A stretch of 46,065 nucleotides of DNA from Planctomycetota bacterium (GCA_013152515.1 JAADGD010000283.1:1-46065), one strand, 5' to 3'. Numbered from the stretch's first letter, positions 10,026 through 21,548 are shown. Notes: generated by a model not told the origin, from the letters alone. Numbers and translations: made by a program.

Positions 10026-11390
10026 ATGCCTGACATTTCTGCTTTCCGTGGTATTCGTTACGACCTGGGTCATGTCGGCTCGCTGAGCGATGTGGTAGCG
10101 CCGCCTTACGATGTGATCGACGCCGAACTGCAGGAGCAGCTCTACCAACGAAGCGAGTACAACTGCACGCGGCTGATCCTCGGCCAAGACGAACCGGGCG
10201 ACGACGACACGAACAACCGCTACACGCGGGCGGCCAAGTTCCTCAAAAACTGGCTGCGTGACCGAGTACTATTCATCGAGGGCGACCCGGCGATCTATGT
10301 CTACCATCAGGAGTTCGAGGAAGCTGGCGAACTTTATACCCGCCGGGGGTTCATGTGCCGGACGCGGCTGGAACCGTTTGGCCAAGGAAACATCCATCCG
10401 CACGAAGAGACCCACGGCGGCGCGAAAGCAGATCGATTAAAGTTGTGGAAGAACTGCAAAGCGAATCTCAGCCAAATTTTTGGGCTGTACCCCGACCCAG
10501 AAAATGTCGCGCAAGATCTTCTCGACAAGGCGATCATCGGTGTCACGGCGCTCGAGGCGACTGACCATCTGGGCGTGTTGCATCGCATTTGGCCGGTGAC
10601 CGATGTGGCGATCATCACCAAAGTGATCGCCGCGATGGGTGGTAAGCCGGTCTACATTGCCGACGGGCATCATCGGTACGAAACGGCTTGCAACTACCGC
10701 GACGAGTTGGCGGAGGCGCAGGGAGGCTTGGATGCCGAACACCCAGCCAATTTTGTGTTGATGATGTGCGTCTCGATGAGCGATCCGGGGATGATCGTGT
10801 TGCCGACGCACCGCCTCTTTCGTGGGCTGCCGCCGATGACGGCCAAAGAGCTTAGCGACAAATTGGGCGACTATTTTACAGTGTCGTCGGCCGGCATGGG
10901 ACCAGAAGAAGCGCCTTATCTGTGGGAAGAGATCGAGACCGAAGACGACCAAAAGACGCTCGCCCTGTTTACCACAGAGGACCAACAGTGGACGATGGTG
11001 CGGCTCAACGACGCGGGCATCGAAAAAATGGCCGAGGTGGCGAGCGACCAGTGCGTCCAGTGGCAAGGCTTGGGCGTCAGCATTTTGCACCGGCTCATCC
11101 TCGAAACGCTGCTCGCTGATTTACCTGGAGCTGGGTCGGACCTTTCCGCTCCCAAATACGTGCGTGCGATCGACGAAGTGGTCGAAGGCCTCAAGCAGGG
11201 CGACACTGTAGGCCGCGACCATACCGGCCAGATGGCCGACGGTGGCCGCTTCGAACTTGCCGCCCTCGTCATGCCCGCCACGCTCGATCATATCCGAGCG
11301 ATCAGCAACGCCGCCGAGCGGATGCCGGCGAAGAGTACGTATTTTTATCCCAAGCTGCTAAGCGGTTTGGTCATTAACCCGCTTGAGTAA
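10026..11390 (+). CDS. DUF1015 family protein
   Basis: PPYDVI, PHEET, YIADGHHRYE, PTHR and MPAKSTYFYPKLLSGL motifs. Confidence 0.88.
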   Translation: MPDISAFRGIRYDLGHVGSLSDVVAPPYDVIDAELQEQLYQRSEYNCTRLILGQDEPGDDDTNNRYTRAAKFLKNWLRDRVLFIEGDPAIYVYHQEFEEAGELYTRRGFMCRTRLEPFGQGNIHPHEETHGGAKADRLKLWKNCKANLSQIFGLYPDPENVAQDLLDKAIIGVTALEATDHLGVLHRIWPVTDVAIITKVIAAMGGKPVYIADGHHRYETACNYRDELAEAQGGLDAEHPANFVLMMCVSMSDPGMIVLPTHRLFRGLPPMTAKELSDKLGDYFTVSSAGMGPEEAPYLWEEIETEDDQKTLALFTTEDQQWTMVRLNDAGIEKMAEVASDQCVQWQGLGVSILHRLILETLLADLPGAGSDLSAPKYVRAIDEVVEGLKQGDTVGRDHTGQMADGGRFELAALVMPATLDHIRAISNAAERMPAKSTYFYPKLLSGLVINPLE

Positions 11391-11397
11391 CAACCCC

Positions 11398-11475
11398 GGC
11401 GAGCCGCGACCGTAAGGGACCGGAGTTGGAAAAGAGCCTCCCATTCACTCCGGTCCCTTACGATCGCGGTTCGCC
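11398..11475. repeat. REP-like 29-bp inverted repeat between convergent genes
   Basis: GGCGAGCCGCGACCGTAAGGGACCGGAGT vs 11447-11475, 27/29 complementary. Confidence 0.85.
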
Positions 11476-11484
11476 TGCTTCATC

Positions 11485-11500
11485 TGTTTCACGTGGAACG
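11485..11500. promoter_or_regulatory. parS site
   Basis: TGTTTCACGTGGAACG, near-consensus parS. Confidence 0.75.
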
Positions 11501-12262
11501 CACCATCAGCCTTCGCCTTTTTTTTCGTTCGCTAATGGCGACAAACGCGATCCCGACTAACTGGAGTGCGCTCCAGAAGGCGAGACAGGCCAAGACTCTT
11601 CCTGTGAGAATTCCAGCCAATTTTAGCCCAGTCAGGATGACTGCGCACCAAAATGTGAGCAGAAGTAGCTGACGTACGCCAAATTGAAACGTCGTCGGCC
11701 AGGAGGGTATCTCGAAAGAGTGCAGATCGCGAAGACTTTTCCTTGCTCCCCAGCCTCCACCAAGTTGCCCAAAAACGGTCACGGTTCCAATCCAAAATAG
11801 ACTGAAAAAAACAGTTCCAAAGAACCAAAGAGGAAGTGTGAGAACCAAGCCTACGGTTCCGCCAATGAACATTCCACAAAAAACATTTTCGCAATCGGCT
11901 TCTAGAAGGTTCCCCAGCGGATGTAGCGCCAGTATGACAAATACCGCCACTAGAGATACGACCGTCATGCCAAGAAAGCTCCAGAAGATCAGCATCACGA
12001 GAGTCCAAACCAGTTCGGAAATGGAATTTGCAAGGAGAGCACTGATCGTCACATGAGTCAACACTCCATAGCCATACGTGAGGAGAGCCAGTGCAACTTC
12101 TGCTTTTCCGATGCCCAAAACGACATTCGGCCAAAAATCTTGAAAAGGTTCGTGAAGCGTGTAGCCTCGGGGAATGCCGAGCCGGATGTCCTTTTTTTCT
12201 TGGAACGATAATTCTTCGAGGTCGAACCGTGATTCTTCAGGCTCAGGCATCGTAATCGCCAA
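11489..12262 (-). CDS. Hypothetical polytopic membrane protein
   Basis: About 6 hydrophobic segments and a planctomycete-style 'FQFGVRQLLLLT' motif; stop codon lies inside parS. Confidence 0.65.
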   Translation of the reverse strand: MAITMPEPEESRFDLEELSFQEKKDIRLGIPRGYTLHEPFQDFWPNVVLGIGKAEVALALLTYGYGVLTHVTISALLANSISELVWTLVMLIFWSFLGMTVVSLVAVFVILALHPLGNLLEADCENVFCGMFIGGTVGLVLTLPLWFFGTVFFSLFWIGTVTVFGQLGGGWGARKSLRDLHSFEIPSWPTTFQFGVRQLLLLTFWCAVILTGLKLAGILTGRVLACLAFWSALQLVGIAFVAISERKKRRRLMVRST

Positions 12263-12325
12263 GGTGAGAAAAATTCTGTTGTTCGTCAGTATAGCAGCCT
12301 GCCAACGTCATCCAGGCAAGATACG

Positions 12326-12341
12326 TGTTTCACGTGAAACA
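12326..12341. promoter_or_regulatory. Perfect parS site
   Basis: TGTTTCACGTGAAACA, extended to a 24-bp perfect palindrome (12322-12345), upstream of parA. Confidence 0.92.
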
Positions 12342-12357
12342 CGTAAGCCCTGTCGGT

Positions 12358-12373
12358 TGTTTCACGTGCAGCG
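12358..12373. promoter_or_regulatory. Degenerate parS site
   Basis: TGTTTCACGTGCAGCG: intact left half and core, degenerate right arm. Confidence 0.5.
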
Positions 12374-12445
12374 GTGGCTAGGACGTTAGGTGGCCGATAC
12401 TTTTCTTGTGCTCCGCCAGCCAGGATGGCCAGGCTATGGGGCGTC

Positions 12446-12475
12446 AATCCGCATTCCGAAATCCGCATTCCGAAT
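12446..12475. repeat. 7-mer tandem repeat upstream of parA ATG
   Basis: AATCCGC ATTCCGA AATCCGC ATTCCGA AT. Confidence 0.7.
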
Positions 12476-12482
12476 TTACTTT

Positions 12483-13229
12483 ATGGGCCGAGTCATCTGT
12501 ATTGCGAATCAAAAGGGCGGCGTCGGCAAGACGACGACCTCGCTCAATCTGGCCGTGTTGCTCGCCGTTGCGGGGCAGCGGACGTTGCTGGTCGATCTCG
12601 ATCCACAGTGCAATGCGACGACCGGTTTGGGTTTGGCTCCCGCAGACCGCCATGCGTTGGTCGATAGTCGGCCGCTCCGCGAGTCTTTTGTCGATACCTA
12701 TCAACCCGGCTTGTCGCTGTTGCCAGGATCACGTAGTTTCCAGGACGTCGACGCACTGGCCCACTCGTCGGATACGCAAGCGTCGATGCTAGCAACCCAT
12801 CTGTCGGGCAGCCTTGGTTCGTTCGACACGGTTCTCATTGATTGCCCGCCATCGCTGGGACCACTGACTCGCACGGCGCTCACCAGTGCTAGCGAAGTAC
12901 TAATGCCGATCCAGTGCGAGTATTTCGCGATGGAAGGCCTAACGCAAATGATTGACGTAATCCGACAAGTGATCGACCGGCCCGAGAGCCGATTAACCTT
13001 TGGTGGCATCTTGCTGACGATGTACGACGCCGCGCTCGAGCTGACGATCGAAGTCGACCGTGAAGTTCGTGACTTTTTTGGAGAAGTTGTTTTTCAGAAT
13101 GTGATTCCTAGAGATGTAGCCGTGTCGGAGGCACCGAGTCATGGACGCTCGGTGGTCGACTATGCCCCGCGATCGCGCGGCGCACGAGCCTACGTAGAGC
13201 TTTGCCAGGAGGTGCTAGAACGTGTCTAA
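12483..13229 (+). CDS. parA: Chromosome partitioning ATPase ParA/Soj
   Basis: NQKGGVGKTT, VDLDPQCNAT, IDCPPSLG, PIQCEYFA, EAPSHG motifs; ATG at 12483. Confidence 0.93.
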   Translation: MGRVICIANQKGGVGKTTTSLNLAVLLAVAGQRTLLVDLDPQCNATTGLGLAPADRHALVDSRPLRESFVDTYQPGLSLLPGSRSFQDVDALAHSSDTQASMLATHLSGSLGSFDTVLIDCPPSLGPLTRTALTSASEVLMPIQCEYFAMEGLTQMIDVIRQVIDRPESRLTFGGILLTMYDAALELTIEVDREVRDFFGEVVFQNVIPRDVAVSEAPSHGRSVVDYAPRSRGARAYVELCQEVLERV

Positions 13230-14244
13230 GGCCAATGTAACAAAAGAACGGCGATTGGGTCGTGGTTTGGAAGCTCTGTTAGGTCGCTCGCCAGAGAAGA
13301 CTGTGGAGCCGACCACTGATTCGCTGCGAGAAGAAATTGCTAGCACCCAACAGGCCGAGGTGAAACTCGGGCTCGTGACTGCCGACGATGACACCGCACT
13401 CACCCAAGACGACAGCGGCCAACAGTGGCTCGAACTCGGTGCTATCACGGCCAATCCGTACCAACCGCGCCAGCATTTTGACGAAGCCGAAATCGCCGAC
13501 CTGTGTGATAGCATTCGCTCGCACGGGTTTTTGCAGCCAATCGTGGTTCGTCAGGTGGGTGACCAATATCAGATCATCGCGGGCGAACGCCGGTACCGCG
13601 CCGCTCAACTTGCTAGCTGGGAACGTGTTCCGGTCCAAGTTCGCGAAGTCGACGACCGGCAAATGACCGAGCTGGCGATCGTCGAAAATGTCCAACGCAA
13701 AGATCTCAATGCGATCGAAAAAGCGACGTCGTTCCATCGCTACTTGCAAGAGTATGGTTGCACGCAAGAAGAACTCGCCAGTCGAGTGAATATCGATCGT
13801 TCGACCGTCGCCAATCTCGTTCGGTTGCTCGAACTGCCCGAGCAAGTCAAGCGTATGGTTGTCGACGGCGACCTCTCGCAGGGGCATGCACGTTCGCTCT
13901 TGCCGCTGGGCGATGAGTATGAACAGTGCAAATTTGCCAAGCAAATCAAAAGCGATTCGCTCTCAGTGCGGGCGACCGAGCAATTGGTGCAGGAGCATAT
14001 TCGCGATGCGGATGGCGAGCAGTTGTCGGTGTTGGGGGCGGATGGGGGTTCGCGGGATTCTAAGCCGCAAGCAGCGGGACAGCACCTTTCGCAGCTGGAG
14101 GAACGGCTGCGACTGGCGCTGGGCACGAAGGTTGATCTCAAGCAAACGGCCAAGGGGCGGGGGCGGATTACGATCCATTTTAAGAACCACGAAGAGTTCG
14201 AGCGGATTCAGCAAATCCTCACGTCCGAACGAGCAGCGGCCTAA
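13222..14244 (+). CDS. parB: Chromosome partitioning protein ParB/Spo0J
   Basis: RLGRGLEALL, NPYQPR, IAGERRYRA, ENVQRKDLN, HTH (TQEELA..RSTVANLVRLL); overlaps parA. Confidence 0.95.
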   Translation: MSKANVTKERRLGRGLEALLGRSPEKTVEPTTDSLREEIASTQQAEVKLGLVTADDDTALTQDDSGQQWLELGAITANPYQPRQHFDEAEIADLCDSIRSHGFLQPIVVRQVGDQYQIIAGERRYRAAQLASWERVPVQVREVDDRQMTELAIVENVQRKDLNAIEKATSFHRYLQEYGCTQEELASRVNIDRSTVANLVRLLELPEQVKRMVVDGDLSQGHARSLLPLGDEYEQCKFAKQIKSDSLSVRATEQLVQEHIRDADGEQLSVLGADGGSRDSKPQAAGQHLSQLEERLRLALGTKVDLKQTAKGRGRITIHFKNHEEFERIQQILTSERAAA

Positions 14245-14265
14245 AACGCCGCCGCCGCTCGCGGC

Positions 14266-15165
14266 TTAGCCACGCGCGCCAAAACGCAACGCCTGCCCCA
14301 CAATATCAACCTCCACCAGCTCCGACCATGCTGCCAACAACCGGTCAAAAATAGCCCCTGGCTTGCCCGCGCCTACAGGATTTCCATCCAACCGAACAAC
14401 CGGCAACAGGCAAATCGACGTACTGGTAAAGAAAATTTCGTCCGCCTTGGCCAACTCCTCGGGTAGCAAATCGGCTTCTGTATGTGGAATGCCGAGCGAA
14501 TCAGCCAGCTCGTAGAGTACTTCTTGGGTCACTCCTGGTAAAACTTTCGATCGCCGTGGCGTCACCAAACCGCGGTCGGCAAAGTAGGCGACCACATTCG
14601 CCGTGGTTCCCTCCCCGACAAAACCATCTTGGTCCAGCAAAATCGCCCGTGCGCCCGCCTGTTGCGATTCCGCCTCTCGATCGGCCAGATAATAGTGCAT
14701 CCGACTACGGCATTTCAATTCTGCCGGCCAACAGTTTTCTGGTATCTGTCGCGTCTTGACCAGCACAGCCTTGACGCCGGTCTCGAATTGCTCGGCCCAA
14801 TTTTGAAAAGGAATGGGGAAGCCGTGTACGCAGACGGTTGGCTTGGGAATCGACGCGATCTTGCCCGGCGTGACAAATGCCGTCACCGACCAATCGTTTC
14901 CCTCAGCAATCAAGGCCTCGTTTCGCTGTCCAAAATCGGCGAGTGCTGCCTCGACTTCTTGGCACAAAGGGGTCGCGTCCAGACCCAAAATTTCCAGCGA
15001 ACGCCGAAATCGCCCAAGGTGTTGCTTCGTCCGAAATAGTTTCCCTCCAAATGTTCGCAACCGCTCGATGGCCGTGATTCCCATCGAGAATCCCAAGTCA
15101 TCGAGCGGAATCGAGATGTCCGTGCTCGGCACCCAAGTGCCATTCCAATAAGCAAGCGATTTCAA
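14266..15165 (-). CDS. Aminotransferase class IV (IlvE/PabC/Dat-like, PLP fold IV)
   Basis: ERLRTFGG, HLGRFRRS, ELKCRS (PLP Lys), EGTTANV, LPGVT motifs. Likely TTG start at 15165 with AGGA RBS. Confidence 0.85.
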   Translation of the reverse strand: MKSLAYWNGTWVPSTDISIPLDDLGFSMGITAIERLRTFGGKLFRTKQHLGRFRRSLEILGLDATPLCQEVEAALADFGQRNEALIAEGNDWSVTAFVTPGKIASIPKPTVCVHGFPIPFQNWAEQFETGVKAVLVKTRQIPENCWPAELKCRSRMHYYLADREAESQQAGARAILLDQDGFVGEGTTANVVAYFADRGLVTPRRSKVLPGVTQEVLYELADSLGIPHTEADLLPEELAKADEIFFTSTSICLLPVVRLDGNPVGAGKPGAIFDRLLAAWSELVEVDIVGQALRFGARG

Positions 15166-15310
15166 GTGAAAGTTCCTACGTAGTGCGTTGCAAAGTCTGT
15201 TAAAACAGCGATTATCGCCCAATTCCAAGCTTCAGGCAACGCTAGGTGGCAACTTCCGTAAATTCCAGGCCTCCACGAACACCACGCGTCACGGTAAGAT
15301 GAAGGATTAA

Positions 15311-17457
<2,147 letters not shown>

Positions 17458-17495
17458 CCCGCGGCTCTGCCGAGGGATCACTACGGAAGAAATCT

Positions 17496-17894
17496 ATGAG
17501 CGAAGAAAAAAAGCCTCTTGAAAAAAAGATCTTGATCGACGACGACTGGAAAAGCCAAGTTGCTGCCGAAAAAGAGGCCCTCAAACAAGAGGCGACGACC
17601 GAGTCTCCCGCAGGCGAACCGCCGATGCAGATGCCTCCCGCATCGTTTGAAATGCTCGTCACGACATTAGCAACCGAGGCAATGGTCGCGCTGGGCCAAT
17701 TCCCCAACCCAGCAACGCAAGAAGTTTCGCTGAGCCCAGATCATGCGAGCTACGCCATCGATATGCTGGCGATGCTCGAAGAGAAAACAAAAGGAAATCT
17801 CTCGCCGGCCGAAGAGAAGATGATGACCGAGCTTTTGCATCAGTTGCGAATGATGTTTGTGCAAGTCCAGCAGTCGCCGCAGCCAAGCGTTTAG
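17496..17894 (+). CDS. DUF1844 domain protein
   Basis: IDDDWK, ALGQFPNP, IDMLAMLEEKTKGNL motifs; ATG at 17496. Confidence 0.85.
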   Translation: MSEEKKPLEKKILIDDDWKSQVAAEKEALKQEATTESPAGEPPMQMPPASFEMLVTTLATEAMVALGQFPNPATQEVSLSPDHASYAIDMLAMLEEKTKGNLSPAEEKMMTELLHQLRMMFVQVQQSPQPSV

Positions 17895-17944
17895 TACTTG
17901 GTGAGGTTGCTGAGAAAACTCAAGCGTCTCATGGCGTAAATATT

Positions 17945-18020
17945 ATAGCCTCACCCAGAGACGCAGAGGATTGATTTCTAAGCGAAACATCTGTGTTTAT
18001 CTGCGTTCATCTGTGGCTAT
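17945..18020. repeat. CGCAGAT 9-mer palindrome, right arm intact, left arm eroded
   Basis: ATCTGTGTTTATCTGCGTTCATCTGTGGCTAT (17989-18020); only the terminal ATAGCC still pairs on the left. Confidence 0.6.
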
Positions 18021-18160
18021 TAAAAAGCACCAAGTCCGGCCGACGATAACGATTCAATAGCCATTACAATTGCGACTTACATCCCAGACCGGGTGACATC
18101 GGACGGGTGAAAATAGGCTATCGTGCCGACCGGACATGGCGGCTTTGGTTTCTGATTCCC

Positions 18161-18259
18161 TCGTAGCCCCGGGCTCTGTCCGAGGATTGATTTACGTTTG
18201 ATTTGTTTATTCGTGCTTTGTTTTGAAGGCCCATCCCCCGGCGGAGCCGAGGGCTACGA
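18161..18259. repeat. GTAG-type REP inverted pair (REPIN-like)
   Basis: TCGTAGCCCCGGGCTCTGTCCGAGGAT vs 18233-18259, 21/27 complementary. A related single copy lies at 17455-17478. Confidence 0.7.
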
Positions 18260-18763
18260 CGCTAATTGATCGAACAATTCGCGGAATTCTGGCATGTGTT
18301 CGCCGATGTGTTCGCTCCAACGACGCGGGTGCCAAATCTCGATACAAATGGCGGCGCCAACGATCATCAAATCTCCTCCCGGCTCGACCTCCAAAAAATC
18401 TCGAAAGCTTTCGGGAATCGCAATTCGCCCTCGACCGGCGATCAGCACCGTGCGATGACGTGTCGACAACAGTCGACCCAACATTTGCACTTGGCTTAGT
18501 CTTCCCGACAGACGGCCACTTTGGATTTTGCTTGCGACCAAATCAACGCCGTCGGCCATCGAGGCTTTCCACTGCGTCGGATTCCACAAGCTCACACATC
18601 CCGGTCGTTCTTTCGCCAGGACACACTCACTCTCGTCACCTACAAGCAGCTCGACCATCTCCGTCGGTAACGAAAGGCGATACCGCTCGTCGAGCGAACG
18701 GGTCCACTCGCCCAAGCAGAGGGACTCTTTTGGGGGGCCGGATTCTCTAGGAGTGGCAACCAT
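18254..18763 (-). CDS. mraZ: Transcriptional regulator MraZ
   Basis: Two AbrB-like repeats: GEWTRSLDERYRLSLP and GRGRIAIP..FRDFL...IVGA..CIEIW. Confidence 0.8.
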   Translation of the reverse strand: MVATPRESGPPKESLCLGEWTRSLDERYRLSLPTEMVELLVGDESECVLAKERPGCVSLWNPTQWKASMADGVDLVASKIQSGRLSGRLSQVQMLGRLLSTRHRTVLIAGRGRIAIPESFRDFLEVEPGGDLMIVGAAICIEIWHPRRWSEHIGEHMPEFRELFDQLAS

Positions 18764-18993
18764 CAAGTTTTTCGTAGGGCCGGTAAGCCTAGCAGGCGAT
18801 CACTCTCCTCCGTGGTAGTGAAATAGTAGCGAAATGGGTTAGATACCCACTATTCTCATTATTTCCATGCATAAATGGGCCTGTTGCCCGCATGTCATGC
18901 CGTGATTCTACGGAACTATCGCGTTCATGCAAGTACCCTCTGAAAAAACCCGAGAAAAAGGGCTGCTAGCTATCTGAGAGTGCTTGAAGAATT

Positions 18994-19070
18994 GCCGCAG
19001 ATAAACGCCGATTAACGCAGATGCCTGCCCCTGACTCAACCATCTGCGTTCATCGGCGTTCATCTGTGGC
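18994..19070. repeat. CGCAGAT 9-mer periodic palindrome
   Basis: GCCGCAGATAAACGCCGATTAACGCAGAT ... ATCTGCGTTCATCGGCGTTCATCTGTGGC. Confidence 0.85.
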
Positions 19071-19102
19071 TTTTTTCTTCATCAGCCAAGTGGAAGACTT
19101 TT

Positions 19103-20488
19103 TCAACTTTCGCCGAGCGTCCGCTTGCGACGCAGCAAGTGGTGATAGTGCTGGGCAAAACGGTGCGATTCGTCCCGCACGTACTGCAAAAGCCGCAGCG
19201 CGAATGAATTGCGGCTCAGTCGTAACGGCTCCTGCCAGCCATTCACGTAAATCAACTCTTCTTTTTTCGCCAATGAAATCACCAACGGGGGATCAAGGCC
19301 CAGCGATTCAAAAGCTTTGACGGCCTTGCCCAACTGTCCTTTGCCACCATCAATCAGCAAGATGTCGGGAAAGACATCGCCTTCGTTGCTCAGACGCGCG
19401 AAACGACGCGAGACGACTTCGAAAATACTGGCGTAATCGTCAATACCGTCGACTTCGCGAATGCGATAACGGCGATAGCCGGGTTTGAAGGGCAGGCCAT
19501 CGATGAACTGCACCATGCTGGCGACCGTCTCGTCGCCACCGAGATGCGCGATGTCCATCCCTTCAATGGTGCGCGGTGTTATTTCAAGCTTAAAGACCTT
19601 TTGTAATCCCGTCAGCCCTTTCTTCGGGTCGACATAAAAAACCTCGGGCTGTTCGTGCTTGGCGAGTTCGCCCCGTTCGTTGAGCGATTCGAGCATCTGG
19701 ATCTCATCACGCAGACGGGCCGCCTGCTCGTAGCGCAAGTTGCTGGCCGCCTCTTCCATCTCAGCCTTCATCTCTTTCAGCAGCGGCTTGCGTTTGCCTT
19801 CTAGGAATTTTTTCAGCCGGCTAATGTCACGGCGATACTCGGTTTTGGATATACGCAGGTTGCAAGGTGCCGTACACTGCTTGATAGAAGCCAACAGGCA
19901 AGGTCGAAACCATCGCCAGCGTTCGTCGTCTTCGTTGATGTCGAGTGAGCAAGTACGAAATTGAAACACTCGTTGTAGCACCTGCAGCGCTCCTCGCAAG
20001 CTGCCGATCGAAGTGAACGGGCCATAAAGTTTGACGCCGCTGGAGCGCGGTTCGCGAGTGATTTCAACGAGCGGAAAATCGTCGTGTGTGGTGATTTGCA
20101 GGTACGGAAAGCTTTTGTCGTCGCGCAGGTCGCGATTGTATTTTGGCTGGATGTCTTTGATCAGCCGCGATTCCATCAGTAGCGCGTCGACTTCGCTTTC
20201 GGCGTCGAGATAATCGACATCATAAGCTTCTCGAACAAGTCGCGTCGTCCGTTGGTCTTCGGCGGCTGCTTTGAGAAAATAACTGCCGACGCGAGCACGC
20301 AGGTTAATCGCCTTGCCAACGTAAAGCACTCTGCCCGCCTGATCTTGAAACAGATAGACACCCGGCGTCGAAGGGAACTTCGCGCGCACCTTCTCGCCAG
20401 CGCGCAGGAAACATGCACCCTGCGTTTTGGCTGCCTGCGTTTTGGGGATTTCGGAGGCTGTTTCGTTCGTTTCGTCGGAGCTAGGCAT
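19103..20488 (-). CDS. uvrC: Excinuclease ABC subunit C (short form)
   Basis: GIY-YIG (PGVYLF..LYVGKA.NLRARV.SYF), Cys cluster, UVR domain (YEQAARLRD), RNase H-like domain (EGMDIAH, DDYAS, LIDGGKGQL, RDESHRFA). Confidence 0.92.
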   Translation of the reverse strand: MPSSDETNETASEIPKTQAAKTQGACFLRAGEKVRAKFPSTPGVYLFQDQAGRVLYVGKAINLRARVGSYFLKAAAEDQRTTRLVREAYDVDYLDAESEVDALLMESRLIKDIQPKYNRDLRDDKSFPYLQITTHDDFPLVEITREPRSSGVKLYGPFTSIGSLRGALQVLQRVFQFRTCSLDINEDDERWRWFRPCLLASIKQCTAPCNLRISKTEYRRDISRLKKFLEGKRKPLLKEMKAEMEEAASNLRYEQAARLRDEIQMLESLNERGELAKHEQPEVFYVDPKKGLTGLQKVFKLEITPRTIEGMDIAHLGGDETVASMVQFIDGLPFKPGYRRYRIREVDGIDDYASIFEVVSRRFARLSNEGDVFPDILLIDGGKGQLGKAVKAFESLGLDPPLVISLAKKEELIYVNGWQEPLRLSRNSFALRLLQYVRDESHRFAQHYHHLLRRKRTLGES

Positions 20489-20514
20489 ACGTCCTTATCG
20501 TAGAACGGTACTGG

Positions 20515-21294
20515 CTAGCCCGCTAGCCGTCGTTCGACAAACGCGGCGTAGTCTTCTGGCGTATCGATGCCACTGGTCGGTTCGTCGATCTCGGAGACCA
20601 ATATTGTCTCGCCATGCTCAAGGACACGGAGCTGTTCTAGCTTTTCGAGTTGCTCGAAACGCCCCGGCGGTAGTTCGGCCAATCGCAAGAGTAAGTCGCG
20701 GCGGTAGGCGTAGACGCCGATGTGCTGGTGAAACAAGGCGGGCGTTGCCTCAAGGAGCTGGTCGTCCCATTCGCGCGCGTGGGGGATCGGACTGCGGCTG
20801 AAATAGAGCGCCCGGCCATCGGGACTAAAAACGACTTTGACGCAGGCGGGATCTTCGAGCTGCGCTCGATTGCGAATGGGTGTGGCAAGTGTTGCCATCG
20901 CAGCAGTTGGGTTAGCTCTCAGCGATTCGGCGAGTTGGTCGACTGCTAGCGGATTGATTTCTGGTTCGTCGCCTTGCAGGTTGATAATGATTTCGGCGTG
21001 GTCTTCGGAGTCGTCAATTCCTCGAATCGCCTCGGCAACGCGATCGGTCCCGCTAGGGCAGTCAGGGCTCGTCATTACGACCTGGGCACCGAACTGTCGC
21101 GCTTGACGAGCGATTTCTGCATCGTCTGTAGCGATCAAAATCAGCTGGGGACTGCGCATTTGGCAAGCTGCTTCGTACGTGTGTTGTAAAACAGTTTTAC
21201 CCGTTTGACGAAGCAGCAATTTGTCGGGCAGACGGGTCGAGCGACGACGGGCAGGAATGACCAGCACACACTTTTGGGTGGTAGAATTCAACAC
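20515..21294 (-). CDS. kdsB: 3-deoxy-manno-octulosonate cytidylyltransferase
   Basis: IPAR..STRLPDKLL, SGTDRVAE, NLQGDEP, ALYFSRSPIP, HIGVYAY, EKLEQLR motifs. Confidence 0.95.
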   Translation of the reverse strand: MLNSTTQKCVLVIPARRRSTRLPDKLLLRQTGKTVLQHTYEAACQMRSPQLILIATDDAEIARQARQFGAQVVMTSPDCPSGTDRVAEAIRGIDDSEDHAEIIINLQGDEPEINPLAVDQLAESLRANPTAAMATLATPIRNRAQLEDPACVKVVFSPDGRALYFSRSPIPHAREWDDQLLEATPALFHQHIGVYAYRRDLLLRLAELPPGRFEQLEKLEQLRVLEHGETILVSEIDEPTSGIDTPEDYAAFVERRLAG

Positions 21295-21548
21295 GCTAGA
21301 CCCTTATGAACAAAATCGTGGGCTTTCCAAATAAGAAGTCGGCATTGATACCCGAAACAGTTCCGTGGTTCCACGTCAATCTTGGTGAGCTTGGGAATTC
21401 CGAGGGACTCTTCGACGCGTTGCTGGCGCGATAATCGAGGTTAAGATAGCGTGATTTTTAGGAAACTGCTACTCTGAAGTCACTACTGCTTCTTCACGAG
21501 GAAGCGGTGCTAGCACAAAATCATCGCGTCGGAGGTAGAACAAAAAAA

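Noticed and set aside
12390-12482. N-terminal extensions of parA (also exeA 6817-6957, aminotransferase 15166-15228, DUF1844 17280-17495, glmS 21507-21548)
   Set aside because: Family-typical starts or RBSs lie downstream; the extensions translate repeat or intergenic DNA, and GlmS requires Cys at position 2.
11400-15300. oriC near parAB
   Set aside because: No DnaA-box cluster, AT-rich unwinding element or dnaA gene seen. The only near-box noticed (TTATCCACG, 45722) is inside a CDS.
21295-21548. glmS ribozyme upstream of glmS
   Set aside because: No AGCGCC...GACGAGG core on the sense strand; a vaguely similar GCGCCAGC lies on the wrong strand.
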